Shown here piece by piece: positions 43,955 through 62,412 of a stretch of DNA of 64,000 nucleotides (position 1 is the first letter of the stretch; each line of letters begins with the position of its first letter). A model generated the notes under the pieces. It was not told the origin of the DNA. It did not search any database and was given only the letters and a program-made list of their open reading frames with translations. The stretch spans positions 43,584,001 to 43,648,000 of the forward strand of contig CP068257.2 in NCBI GenBank assembly GCA_009914755.4. Reading direction: 5' to 3'. This DNA comes from the human T2T-CHM13v2.0 reference genome, Homo sapiens. A program made the position numbers and the translations under genes.

Positions 43955-45516
43955 CAGCTACCAACTACCATAAAGCAGTTTATTTTTCTTAAAAAGGAAG
44001 GTACATGGTCACAGTCCAAAATGTTTTATACAGCTCTCAGCCTGGAAAATGCAACTGATGAAAAAGGCACTGTTTCTAGAACAAATGGAAAAAGAATAAA
44101 TATGTCATCATTTACCCTGCACAGCTTTGAGTAACACCATAGGACCCTGTCACACGTTCAGGGTCAATTTTAAAAGCTTGAGAAGACACAGCAAGGTGAT
44201 GTCCTAGACTAGCCAGGCTCCGAAAGGAAGAGCTGTCTGTCCCTCCTCACTAACTGTCCTCTCTCTGTCACAGGTGTCCATGTCACTGTTCCTCTAGCAG
44301 ATGTGGAAAGTGGCTGCTCAGTGAGGACTCAGCCCCCACCAACCTGACTGAGGGTCACACGACACCATGGTGGAAAGTCACAAAGGGTAACGGGCCAAGA
44401 GGGTGAGGGGGGCTCCCTGACCCTGAGGACCCCTGAGGCACTGCTGCACCTTCCACGGATTCTGTGTCTAGCGTTGCCCTCTTTGCAGATGCCCCTCGTG
44501 GTGGTGGCACAAAGACCTAAAAATGATTTCTGTAAAATGGGTACAAGGAGCTCCCTGATAAAGCAGCTCATCCTAGACAGCCTTTTGGAGTTAGCGTAAC
44601 TGTCCTTCCTCATTTCTAGTTCTCAATAGCGAATGGTAGACCTGGAGGCCCCATGTGCACCTGCCAGCCGGGGCGAGGGCAGGGACGGCCAGCCGGGCGA
44701 GGGCGGGGCAGTCGGGGTGAGGGTGGGGCGGGGCAGTCGGGGCGAGGGAGGGGTGGCCAGTGGGGGCGAGGGTGGGTGGCCAGCCGGGCCTGGTGTGAGG
44801 AGCAGAGCTGCAAGTTTCCTACAGACAATCCACTGAGTGCCCCAGAGACGTCACTGAAAAACTTCCCAGTGCTCTGACGTGCCAGCAGTAGGGCCTGAAC
44901 TGTCATCCCTCCACGGGGCTCCCTGAGGCCTCAGGCCCTTTCCTTTGCAGCACCAGGTCTGCCTTGCACGCATCCCAGGAGGAAACACACAGGCAGCCTC
45001 CTGCTGCGCGGAGGGCAACGGAGGGATTCATGAGGCCCCTGGTCGCTCTGCAGACATTTAAAATGACGCTTCTCCTTGCACCAGCTCCCAGGGAAATGTC
45101 AGCCCGGGTCCACCTGACGGAGGGCAGCTCACCCGCCTGCATCTATCCTCAATGCACTTAAAATATGAAGACATGAAAGGTGGCTGGAAAGGCCAGAGCG
45201 GGAGCCTGACAAACACTCCTGCTTCTGGGTCACCACGCGGGCACTGCTGGCAACCGAGCTGTGGGTTCACAGACGCTGCCTGAAAACAACCGCCGCCCCC
45301 GAGAGCAGCGGAGCCTCTTCATCAGCCATGGCGGCTGGCAACGCCGAGGACGGAGCCCAGCTCTAGAGGCGTGGGGCCTCTTCTGGGCCTGGGACCCTGC
45401 GAGGGACGGTCCTGTCCGCCCAGCTCCCGGCTGGCAGTAGACGGTGACTCCACGGCGACAGAACCTGCATCCACCCGCGCCTGTCGGGTCCGGGGAGCGG
45501 CCCTGGAGGATCCTCC
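43955..45516 (-). other. POFUT2: Probable POFUT2 3' UTR (minus strand); candidate AATAAA is the reverse complement of tttatt at 43979-43984
   Basis: Contiguous with the stop codon at 45517-45519. The minus-sense aaaaataaactgctttatgg would direct cleavage near 43955-43965. The UTR end is not verifiable without cDNA. Confidence 0.4.
44640..44800. repeat. G-rich tandem repeat of about 24 bp (cagtcggggcgagggaggggtggc-like), about 5-6 copies
   Basis: gccagccgggcgagggcggggcagtcggggtgagggtggggcggggcagtcggggcgagggaggggtggccagtgggggcgagggtgggtggccagccgggc read directly. It lies inside the putative POFUT2 3' UTR, so it is C-rich in the mRNA. Confidence 0.85.
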
Positions 45517-45670
45517 TCAGTAGGTGATCTTCCAGTGGGTGGGTTGCTCACACGCCTTCTCTTGGTCTCCGCAGAACCTGTTGTACGTCGTCTTGGGGTC
45601 CAACCCCAGGATTTCTCTTTCCTCATGAATCCGAAAAGAAAATGTTGAGACTGAGGTGCCAATAAAAAAC
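45517..45670 (-). CDS. POFUT2: POFUT2 terminal coding exon (canonical isoform): (R)[50 protein letters not shown]
   Basis: Minus-strand reading. The acceptor AG is the reverse complement of 45671-45672 after a T-rich tract. It is phase 2 (first base completes the Arg codon, AG|G) with stop TGA at 45517-45519. 154 nt = 1 + 50 codons + stop. Confidence 0.85.
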
Positions 45671-46984
45671 CTGCAAAGGATCACAGAGGTTCCAGAGTCA
45701 GGGAGAACTGAGAGGAGCAGCTGAGTGAAATGAGTTCCACAGTTACATGGAACCAACACGGCCGTCCCCCGAGCACCCACCAGCCGGCCGCCCCCTTGCT
45801 GGCACCCCTCGCTCAGGTGCCCTCGACATCGGCGCCCTGAGGGGCTCTGCCTGGTGCTGCAGCCCCATCCACACCCCACAGTCAGCAGCCGCCACGCTCC
45901 TGTCCCACCGCATGTCCCCCTGGGAGCCCTCCTCTCCGTCACCAAATCCCAGGCCAGGCACGCCAGTGCAGGTCGAATACCTCCTGGGGGTCACACGGTG
46001 AACAATGAGAGATTCCTACTAACCACACACTGTCTAGCCAGGGCATGGCGGGTCCTTATCCTGAGGCACAGTAGACATCACGGAGGTCAAGGCCCCCTCC
46101 ACACACACGCTGTATGGGCTGGTGGGGACACCCTTCTCCAGGGGTTTCTCCAGACCTCAGGTCAGCGGCCTGCCCGTTCCTCCGGCTCCTGCGCAGCTGG
46201 TCTCTGGCTCTCCAGCGGCACTTCATGAACTTCGTGAACAAGCAAACCCCAGAGATGTTTCCAGAGCAAATGTAACATGCACAGCGCTGTACACAGAGCC
46301 ACAGGGCCAGCAGGCCACACAGGCCTGTATGCTGCTGCGGGGTGCAGCACTGGTGGGGAGACCCTCACCACCCCACACACAGGGGCCTGCCAGAGCAGGC
46401 CGCGCCGGCCCGGAGGCAGGGCAGCTTCAGTGAGCTGGGCCGAGCGCTTCGCGCAGCTGAGGGCAGGAGGCTGAGAGCTCAGTGCGAAGCCTCCCCACAG
46501 CAGGCTTCCTGGGCTGCGGAGACAGCACCGCCAAGGTCGCAGTCAAAATCCCAAGGCCACACCTGAGAAGCAGGGGTGAGCTCGTGACTGGGCTCCTGCA
46601 CACCTCCGCCCTGACCTAAGAAGTCAGCGCTGCATCCTGTCTGCTTAACAGGGAAAGGGACCCACACCCAGCAGACAGCATCACCCGGAGCCTCTGTGGG
46701 TCTTATACACCATGCCCAGAACACCACAGGAAATAGCAGATGTGTGAAGAGGCACCGGCTCAGGGCGCTCAGCATTCCTCGGGCAGGAGAGAGACAGACT
46801 AACCCACAGAGATGCACGCGTGTGCACAGTGCTAACCACGGGGAAGATCATTCCCTCTACTTTCATTTTCCATTTAACTCAAACCGTTTCACCCTAACCC
46901 CAGCCTTCATCTCCTATGCAGATGGGCAGGCAGGTCTTTGGAGGAACAGAGGCCCAGGCGTACCTCCCACAGCAACCCCAGAGG

Positions 46985-47215
46985 AATGACTGCACGCAGG
47001 GCCCACGCTCCCGGCCTCTGGGACGCTCACGGCAGCCCCACGAGAATGATCACACGAGGGCCCACGCTCCCGGCCTCGGGGACGCTCACGGCAGCCCCAC
47101 AAGAACGATCACACGAGGGCCCATGCTCCCAGCCTTGGGGACGCTCATGGCAGCCCCACGAGAATGATCACACGAGGGCCCACGCTCCCGGCCTCGGGGA
47201 CGCTCACGGATGCTC
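46985..47215. repeat. 60-bp tandem repeat, about 4 copies (gggcccacgctcccggcctcggggacgctcacggcagccccacgagaatgatcacacgag)
   Basis: Direct reading. It lies in the POFUT2 intron between the terminal exon and the penultimate exon. Confidence 0.9.
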
Positions 47216-47452
47216 AACAACACAGCAACAAGGACATGCCCAAGTCCAGGGCACGGGCAACTCTCAGGGCAGGGGGCAGACAGGGGCAGAAACCGGGAAT
47301 GATGGGAAAATGCGACACAAGAAGAGGTTCTGAGACGAGGCCAGCTATGCCAACAGCCTGCTATGGAGGAATTCTGTGCATGAGAACTAAAGGGGCAAGA
47401 TGAACAATTAACTTCAGCCCAGGGAAACACTGAACCAGATGCTACAGGAGAC

Positions 47453-47591
47453 TCAGACGAGGAGGCAAACAGTATGGAAATGACCACTGTGAACACAGGC
47501 GACCATCTGCTCTGACACCGAGTACTTGGGACAGAAGAACCTTTGAAAGCCACCCGACCCGCTCTCGGCCGACAGTGACGTGGGCAGGCAC
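47453..47591 (-). CDS. POFUT2: Possible alternative POFUT2 C-terminal extension by read-through of the 47592 donor (...[49 protein letters not shown])
   Basis: The frame stays open for 45 further codons past the GT donor (ORF 47453..47683 in the track). This is consistent with an annotated short alternative isoform, but I cannot confirm from sequence alone. Confidence 0.35.
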
Positions 47592-47715
47592 CTGGCGTGT
47601 GCGCAGATCCACTGGTCAATAATCGCAACGCCTCCGTCCTTGTAGAGCTCCAGCTCCTCCCACGTGGGTTCAAACCTCACCATCTCGGGTAACAGCTTTT
47701 TTAGCTCTTCATATT
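47592..47715 (-). CDS. POFUT2: POFUT2 penultimate coding exon: (E)[40 protein letters not shown](R)
   Basis: 124 nt. The acceptor ag is the reverse complement of 47716-47717 after ttctactttgcag. The donor gt is the reverse complement of 47590-47591 (gtgcctgcccac). The phases join to the flanking exons (2+120+2). Confidence 0.85.
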
Positions 47716-47950
47716 CTGCAAAGTAGAAGGAGAGACCCTTTGAACCGGGATCCTCCAGTAAGGACAGATACGTGACTCTTTAGCAGACAGACATGCGTAC
47801 TTGGCTTCTGGTTAATTCGTTAGGAACTGGCTCCAAAGGTGCAGACACACAACTCAGCTTTACCCTCCCAGGAATTACAGTTGAAGATCATGCAGATCTT
47901 CATGGATCTGGGTAGTTCCAGGTCTACCCAGAACAGAACCAGGGATCAAG

Positions 47951-47967
47951 AAGAAAGGAAAGAAACG
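47951..47967. repeat. 5' target-site duplication of the SVA insertion (aagaaaggaaagaaacg)
   Basis: An identical 17-mer occurs at 49755-49771, immediately after the SVA poly(A). Confidence 0.75.
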
Positions 47968-49754
47968 TGCTCCCTCTCCCTCTCCTTCTCCCTCTCCCTC
48001 TCCCCACGGTCTCCCTCTCTTTCCACGGTCTCCCTCTCATGCGGAGCCAAAGCTGGACTGTGCTGCTGCCATCTCGGCTCACTGCAACCTCCCTGCCTGG
48101 TTCTCCTGCCTCAGCCTGCCGAGTGCCTGCGATTGCAGGCACGCGCCACCACGCCTGACTGGTTTTGGTGGAGACGGGGTTTCGCTGTGTTGGCCGGGCC
48201 GGTCTCCAGCCCCTAACCGCGAGTGATCCGCCAGCCTCGGCCTCCCGAGGTGCTGGGATTGCAGACGGAGTCTCGTTCACTCAGTGCTCGATGGTGCCCA
48301 GGCTGGAGTGCAGTGGCGTGATCTCGGCTCGCTACAACCTACACCTCCCAGCCGCCTGCCTTGGCCTCCCAAAGTGCCAAGATTGCAGCCTCTGCCCGGC
48401 CACCACCCCGTCTGGGAAGTGAGGAGTGTCTCTGCCTGGCCGCCCATCGTCTGGGATGTGAGGAGCCCCTCTGCCTGGCTGCCCAGTCTGGAAAGTGAGG
48501 AGCATCTCCGCCCGGCCGCCATCCCATCTAGGAAGTGAGGAGCACCTCTTTCCGGCCGCCATCACATCTAGGAAGTGAGGAGCGTCTCTGCCCAGCCGCC
48601 CATCGTCTGAGATGTGGGGAGCGCCTCTGCCCCGCCGCCCCATCTGGGATGTGAGGAGCGCCTCTGCCTGGCCACGACCCCGTCTGGGAGGTGAGGAGCG
48701 TCTCTGCCCGGCCGCCCCGTCTGAGAAGTGAGGAGCCTCTCCGCCCGGCAGCCACCCCATCTGGGAAGTGAGGAGCATCTCCGCCCGGCAGCCACCCCGT
48801 CCGGGAGGGAGGTGGGGGGGTCAGCCCCCCGCCCGGCCAGCTGCCCCGTCCGGGAGGGAGGTGGGGGGGTCAGCCCCCCGCCTGGCCAGCCGCCCCGTCC
48901 GGGAGGTGAGGGGCGCCTCTGCCTGGCCGCCCCTACTGGGAAGTGAAGAGCCCCTCTGCCCGGCCAGCCGCCCCGTCTGGGAGGGAGGTGGGGGGGTCAG
49001 CCCCCCGCCCGGCCAGCCGCCCCGTCCGGGAGGTGAGGGGCGCCTCTGCCCGGCCGCCCCTACTGGGAAGTGAAGAGCCCCTCTGCCCGGCCAGCCGCCC
49101 CGTCTGGGAGGGAGGTGGGGGGGTCAGCCCCCCGCCCGGCCAGCCGCCCCGTCCGGGAGGTGAGGGGCGCCTCTGCCTGGCCGCCCCTACTGGGAAGTGA
49201 AGAGCCCCTCTGCCCGGCCACCACCCCGTCTGGGAGGGGTACCCAACAGCTCATTGAGAACAGGCCAGGATGACAATGGCGGCTTTGTGGAATAGAAAGG
49301 CGGGAAAGGTGGGGAAAAGATTGAGAAATCGGATGGTTGCCGTGTCTGTGTAGAAAGAAGTAGACATGGGAGACTTTTCATTTTGTTCTGCACTAAGAAA
49401 AATTCTTCTGCCTTGGGATCCTGTTGATCTGTGACCTTACCCCCAACCCTGTGCTCTCTGAAACATGTGCTGTGTCCACTCAGGGTTAAATGGATTAAGG
49501 GCGGTACAAGATGTGCTTTGTTAAACAGACGCTTGAAGGCAGCATGCTCGTTAAGAGTCATCACCAATCCCTAATCTCAAGTACCCAGGGACACAAACAC
49601 TGCGGAAGGCCGCAGGGTCCTCTGCCTAGGAAAACCAGAGACCTTTGTTCACTTGTTTATCTGCTGACCTTCCCTCCACTATTGTTCCATGACCCTGCCA
49701 AAATCCCCGTCTGTGAGAAACACCCAAGAATTATCAATAAAAAAAATAAATTAA
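47968..49754 (+). mobile_element. SVA retrotransposon, complete architecture: (CCCTCT)n-like hexamers 47971-48010; antisense Alu-like region about 48030-48400; VNTR about 48400-49250; SINE-R about 49250-49735; poly(A)
   Basis: ctccctctccctctcc start. Alu-like sequence in reverse orientation (gagacggggtttcgctgtgttggccgggc...). 35-50-bp VNTR units (cccgtctgggaggtgaggggcgcctctgcccggccgcc). A HERV-K-derived SINE-R (cagctcattgagaacaggccaggatgacaatggcggctttgtgg...). AATAAA-rich A-tail and flanking 17-bp TSD. Confidence 0.9.
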
Positions 49755-49790
49755 AAGAAAGGAAAGAAACGAAAGCATTGAAGCTCCATA

Positions 49791-49971
49791 CCCTTTCTGA
49801 CGGCATCTGTGGCCACAAACACCTTGTCCAGCCGGTGGGTCTTCATGAGGCTGCGGATCTTCCTCACGGCCCCTTCCAGACTGGGTACATCCTGTCTGTG
49901 ACCCCAGATGAAATCTTTTCTTCTCAGGTGGACTCCCAGGTAGGGGCCCCCTAGCGCGGAGCCCAGCTTGA
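49791..49971 (-). CDS. POFUT2: POFUT2 coding exon: [60 protein letters not shown](E)
   Basis: 181 nt, phase 0 start. The acceptor ag is the reverse complement of 49972-49973. The donor gtatgg is the reverse complement of 49785-49790. The VHLRR(K/G)DF motif is typical of O-fucosyltransferases. Confidence 0.85.
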
Positions 49972-50229
49972 CCTAGCAAAGAACCACAAGGAAATGCAGA
50001 AGCTGACAGGCGGGCTCGGGGCTCATCCTGGGCACCAGGTGGGACTCGAGACGCAGAGGGATGACCCTTTCCATGTGGCCTCCTCCACGGGGTGGCTCCA
50101 GGGCTGTCTAAGGGATTCAGGTGGAATCTCGGGGGCGACCAGATGTCTTTCTAAGAAGACAGTGAAGCAGTATTAATTACCAGAAATCATTTTATCTGAG
50201 GTAAAGAAAAATATTTAAAAAGAGAACAG

Positions 50230-56165
<5,936 letters not shown>

Positions 56166-56969
56166 ATTAAATAAAATTAAAAATAAAATTAAAAAGAATA
56201 AAAAAAAACACTGAAAAGAAACACAAGTGGGATAAAAATGAAAAAAAATCTTCTATATTTTTTCCCCAGTAAAAACTGTCCAAGTAACTTAATTATTGCT
56301 GGAACAATGAATGCTATTCCACTTGGAAATAGCTCAAATACCCCATAAAGAACAAGCGAGTAAAATGGCACTTCTATGAAAGTTTTGTTTAAAAAACGCT
56401 AAAAACAGACACTGAAAATGCTTAAAAACAATATCAAGTTGAAAAAGCAACACATTTGTTGAAATTACATCACAGAAAAACTCAAACTTTCAGAAAACAC
56501 TTAAAAATATATACAAAGAATAAGAAAAGGATGATTCTAGACCAAAACAGCACTGATGGTGCTTTTGGGTGAGTCCAGGTGAACGCTGCTTTTTTCTCTT
56601 TATCAATCAAGTCAAGAGGGAAAAAGGCCGAACGTGCCTCTGACCACCTCGAGCTCCTGCTTCCGCGCTCCTGGCCTTGCCGCGCTCTGAGAACACCTTT
56701 GAGTCCGCTGGGCCTGCCATGACTGCCCGTGTTACTAAAGGTAAAGCCAGGCCGAGTGACTCCCTGAGTCTGCACATGACGAGGGCCCCAGGGTCCCGGC
56801 GCCTCCCGAGAGCAGGTCATTACTGTGACTCACATTCCAGAGAGGCGCCGAGGCATCCACGCCCACAGACACGCCAACCCTGCTGTGACTTTACATGGAA
56901 GGCCTGAGTGTGGGGCATCTCCAGAGAGACTTTACCTTTTCTCTAATTAACAAAAGGGAGGGGGGCTAC

Positions 56970-57095
56970 CTTCATCTTCATCCAGTCCTCCTGGAAGGGG
57001 ATCCTGTCTGCGTCGTCCGTGGAGTTGAGATGTCTGCTCCTGAACTCGTCTCCCACCTCCCGCAGGTGCCTGGCAAACACCATGCTGCGACGGGT
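56970..57095 (-). CDS. POFUT2: POFUT2 coding exon: [42 protein letters not shown]
   Basis: 126 nt, phase 0/0. The acceptor ag is the reverse complement of 57096-57097 (ccacag). The donor gtagcc is the reverse complement of 56964-56969. Confidence 0.85.
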
Positions 57096-58055
57096 CTGTG
57101 GAAACGGCGACGGCTCGGCTGAGAACACGCCCGCCCGCCACGCAGCCCTCCCGGAGCGGGTTCTCCTGTCGCTGCCACCACCCACCCCCGCAGCTGGAAC
57201 AAGCCCCTCAGACACGTCATCCACGGTCGCCTGAGAAGCAGCGCCATCCACGGTGGAGGCTCTTGGAGGGTCTCCTGCATGAAGCCAACGCAGGGCAAGC
57301 CGCCCACCCCTGCCGGCTCTGCCAGCCCCTGCCGTGGGAAGCTGCGGCACACACTGGGCTCAGCTGGCCGTTGCCCCTGGCTGGCACAACTGTGTGCAGC
57401 TCCTTCCCCTCAGTCTCTCCCCAACTCGACTTCTAGCTTAGGCGGTTAGCACATCCTGCTTTGCCAAACGGGGTGGGACTGACCTGCACAAAGTCCCACG
57501 TGAGCAGGGACTGTGTCTCCTGCAGGCAGGTTCCGGCTTTACAAGCTGCTGCCCTGGTGAACACGTCAGCAGGCCTGCTGTGTCCACGGGAGGGGGCAGC
57601 CACTTCCCGCCCTCTGCTCCCACTCACTCACAGAACCAGGGGTGGCTATGGAAAGTCACCCCATCAATGCGGAAATCAACGCCAACGGAAAAGACCCGCT
57701 GCAGAGAATAGTCCCACCTTTCAAAGCTAAAGAGAGGAGAAAGGAGGGGTCTACGTTCCAGCCACTGACGGAGTCACTGACTCCGGGGCTGACTCCAGGG
57801 CGCTGCCACCGCATTCAGGGCCTGTGGCATCAGAGGGGAGAGCTGGGTGGCCCTGCGTGCTCCCGAGGACCTGGCTCTGCAGCCACGTGAGGCTTGGGGG
57901 TGGCACAGTCACCGCAGTTGCCCAAATCCATGGCTTAAAATGATGGTTTTAATCAGCAAGGTTCAAAAAGAGCTGTCGACTGTTTTAAATTTTCAAAAGC
58001 TAAATAATGGGCAACATACACTAACTGAGAAAAACGCTCCCGAGGAAACACTCAC

Positions 58056-58122
58056 ATCCCAGTATTCTTTCCCTCCATAGTGGTCGTGAAGTAGGTTCTC
58101 GGCTCTGTCTAACATCACGGAC
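58056..58122 (-). CDS. POFUT2: POFUT2 coding exon: (R)[22 protein letters not shown]
   Basis: 67 nt. The acceptor ag is the reverse complement of 58123-58124 (aaaaacag). The donor gtgagtg is the reverse complement of 58049-58055. Confidence 0.8.
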
Positions 58123-59058
58123 CTGTTTTTAAACAACAGAAGAATAAACAGTTATAAGAGTTAAGGATGATGACATTCACACTCTCAGAGCACAAACTGG
58201 GAGAACCCCGGGCCGAGGAAGCAGAGACCAAGTCTCCGAGGGACACTAACCAGGGCGCGTTGGGTGGTTATGGCTGAGACACAGGCAGGCTGCTGTCTGG
58301 CCTCCACACCACGGTTCTGAGAGGGCTTTAATGCCGGCTGTCAACGAACAGAATGACATCAGAGAAAAGTATCTCCTAATTTGAGGAGTGTATTTGACAG
58401 TGGGCAAAAGGCTTGGAATCCAGGATCCACCGACGGCTATGGCAAGCTGCAGGCGTGCCTGAGGAGGGGAGGGTGGGGGAAGCTTTTCTTTGACAAAAAG
58501 GAGAGGTTCACATAAGCTGCCTGGAAACAAATTCACTGACTCGAGCTCAAAGCCGGAGCTGCATCTGTTCCGTGGTAGAGACGCCATTCCTGGGCAGGCA
58601 TTCTTTCCACAGCGTCTCGTCCGAATTACTGCAACCCTTGTCCGGTGGCAAACCTAGTCCCAGGAACACGGGCACACGACTGAAGCAGCGGCTGTGAAAG
58701 GTGAGGTGCGTGAAGCACGTGAGGAACGTCCTGGGGTTATTTCAGAGAGCCCTCCAGCTGGCCTTTATCTCAGACTCGCAGGCAGGTGCCTCCTCCTCAG
58801 TGCCTTCCTTGCTCCAGTTTGGGTCTGACAAGTCATCCTGGTGCCTGTGACTGTCACGTTACCTAATTCCACGTGGGAAGTGCCTCTCCTATTCCAGCCA
58901 TTGAGCCAACCGTCTCACCAAACTCCCCCCAGGGCTCTTGATGCAAAATAAAAACGAAACACACAAAATGGACCGTGAGCAAATAGACCTGAATATTGGG
59001 GTGGTAAAGGCTGGAATACAAAAACGCAGAAATTTTTAAGGAAAAATAAAAATTTTAA

Positions 59059-59656
<598 letters not shown>

Positions 59657-62301
59657 TTACGCCCTCATGGTTCACACAAAGACTCTTCTACAGAAACCTG
59701 GAAACAACCAAAAGCCACATTTTCTTCCATCTGTACACAGACAACTGCAAAAGAACGAGGTGATGTCCATGTGTCGTAATACCCAGGTGAATGGCTGGGT
59801 GGGAAGAAAGGGCAGACTGAAAACCGCATGGAGAGGGCACGTGTGGTGATTCCACGTGTGTTTCAAAAGATGGCTGCATGCACAGGCGGCCATGTGAGGC
59901 GATTTCTGGAGAGATGGGTGTAGCTGGATTCAGTGGGTGCCTCCGGCCCTGCTTCTAATGCCGTTTTAAGGGCTTTTTATGAAATGCAATACTGCACTTC
60001 AAGACGCACATTCCACACGGGCGCGGGTAGAGGACATTCCGCACGGGCACAGGTAGACAAACTGCTCCAAAATGAACACGGTGCAGCCCCCACCCGGGTG
60101 GAGGAACAAGGAGGAAGAAAGCGCTTCACACACTTGCTCTGCCCCGTCCTCAGGGGCCTCCCCGGCATCCTCCCATCTCTCCCTCCGATGCACGGGACTG
60201 TCTTTGACCTTCATGCACATGGAACATGACTACATTTATCTTTTTCTTTTTTTTTACTGGGCATTATATCTTGATTTCTCTTTGTTGAACACGGCAGCAG
60301 GTTGCCCATCTTCAGCTGTGGATCTACCACACTCTATCCAGTGCGTGGCTGAGGGGTGCACGTGTTTTCCTGGTCCGGGGAGGCTATGAACGTTCCTGGG
60401 CAGGGGTCTGCGGGTGCATGTCCCGCATTCAGGGTGCACTGGGTTCCCAGGGTTTTACCAGATTCTTGCTCCAGGAGCAGCCTTTGAGCCCCTGCAGGCC
60501 TGTCCTCCCGACAGCGGTTGGTTTCCCGAGCATGACAGCAATGGGGGCACCTGCTCGCATTAACAGCAGCTGTCCTTACTCCTGAATCGCATGGATCCTG
60601 TGTTGGACTCACCTCACCCCAGGCTGCCCGTCCCTCACTCGCTGAGTTTCGTCTCAATTGCACGGATCCCGTCTTGGACTCGCCTCACCCCAGGCTGCCT
60701 GTCCCTCACTCGCTGGGTTTCGTCTCAATTGCACGGATCCCGTCTTGGACTCGCCTCACCCCAGGCTGCCCGTCCCTCACTCGCTGAGTTTCGTCTCCTG
60801 TATCCCAGAGAGTCCTTAGTTTATCAAATGTGCTGCAGGACCTCCCTCTCTGAGGCCTGTCTCCATTTTTCTAATGGACAAAAGTTCTTGATTTTAAAGT
60901 AACTGGCTTTACCAATCTTTCTTTTTTGGTCCATGCTTTTCCCATCTTGTTGAAGAAAGCTTTCTGCCCCACGGTGGTGAGGCTCCTCTCCTGACGGCTT
61001 GATAGCTTCACCTTCCCATTAGGGCTTTAACCCCCGGAAGAGACTTTCCCTGGGTGCTGGGGGCAGATGACCTCACCGCCCATCATCAGCCTCCTTTTCC
61101 ACTGCGCCTTTTCCCCCTGCTCCCCGGCAGAAGCGTTTCTCCTAAATCAGGACCATCTAGTTGGAAGCCCCCTCTGGGCTCAGCTCCATTCTAACCTGTA
61201 AATGTGAGTCAAAAAAACTGACTGGCAAGACTGTTCCACAGGCCCCAAACGTAGGCAGACTGGCTTCCAAAACCCGAATATTGTCATGAAATGAACCCAG
61301 TCCCAGGACAACATTAAAGCTGCATCTCAACAACCAAAACAATTCAGCCTAGCTCCCTCCACAACCTCTGAGTTCTGTCTGCAACAGCCGGGCTGGCTGA
61401 GCAGCAGACACGCGGGCCTGTGATGGAGCCACCTGCCTTCACAAAGGCCCAGAGCAGCTGAGACCATGTGGTCCCGGCCCGCTGGGGCCAGCGGCAGCTG
61501 TTACTGACCAGGGTGATACCGAGCCAGCTGTGATGTGCAACAGGATCGTGGCTGATGGCCTCTAGAGGCACACACAGGGCACGACAGCAGACAAGGCAGC
61601 CTCAACGTGGGCAAGTGCGAGGGGCACCCGTGCCCTGCTATGCCTGGTCTATGGGAGACGCTCACAGTGCCTGCTGGGGGATTCAGAAGACCCAAGGGAG
61701 GTGACGGAGAGGGTCCCAGTCTGCAGCAAGTTCTAAGAACGTGGCCATCAACAATTCCCTCCAGAGTTTACGACATCATCAGGTACTGACTTGTCTGCAA
61801 CCCCAGCCTCCTGGGTGGACCCTCGAGGCCCAGCTCACCAGGCCGGCGACCACTTGAGGCAGACGCATGGCCAAAGGTGGCTGCATGATCCTCCCCAGAC
61901 CCGTGAGGCAGAAAACAGATCAAACAGTGGGTGTTGGGTGTGGGGACGGGGGAGGTACTGGTAAAAGCTGCCCAAGTGCTACAAATCGAGAACAGTCTCA
62001 TGGTGAGCTCCCCGCCGCCCCCAGCCCAGCTCAGCCCCTCCCTGTGCACCTGGCCGGGCCGAGCCCTCACCTCTGTGCCCCTCACCCGCTGTCCACGTCA
62101 CCCACTGCACCCACTGGGCTGTTTCGCAGAGACACATGCAAGCACTTCCCTAACCACCACCCCCCAGGGCCCCCAGGGTCCGCTGTCTGTGAGGTGGGTG
62201 GGCCAGGGATGCGGGAGTATGGGCGGAGAGCCCCCAGCCCAGCATGCACGGAGCAGACGCCACAGCCTCCAGGCTGCTCCCGGGGGGCCTGGGGCACTCA
62301 C

Positions 62302-62412
62302 CGGGCTGATGTGTTTCTCAGCAGCAGGGGCGCCACGATGGAGGCTGAGCCCTGGACGGACAGACAGGAGACGTTTAGACCCCTGGTCTCCTCATAACCC
62401 CAAAACCATCCT
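62302..62412 (-). CDS. POFUT2: POFUT2 coding exon: (R)[36 protein letters not shown](R)
   Basis: 111 nt. The acceptor ag is the reverse complement of 62413-62414. The donor gtgagtgcc is the reverse complement of 62293-62301. Phases 1+108+2 join the neighbouring exons. Confidence 0.8.
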
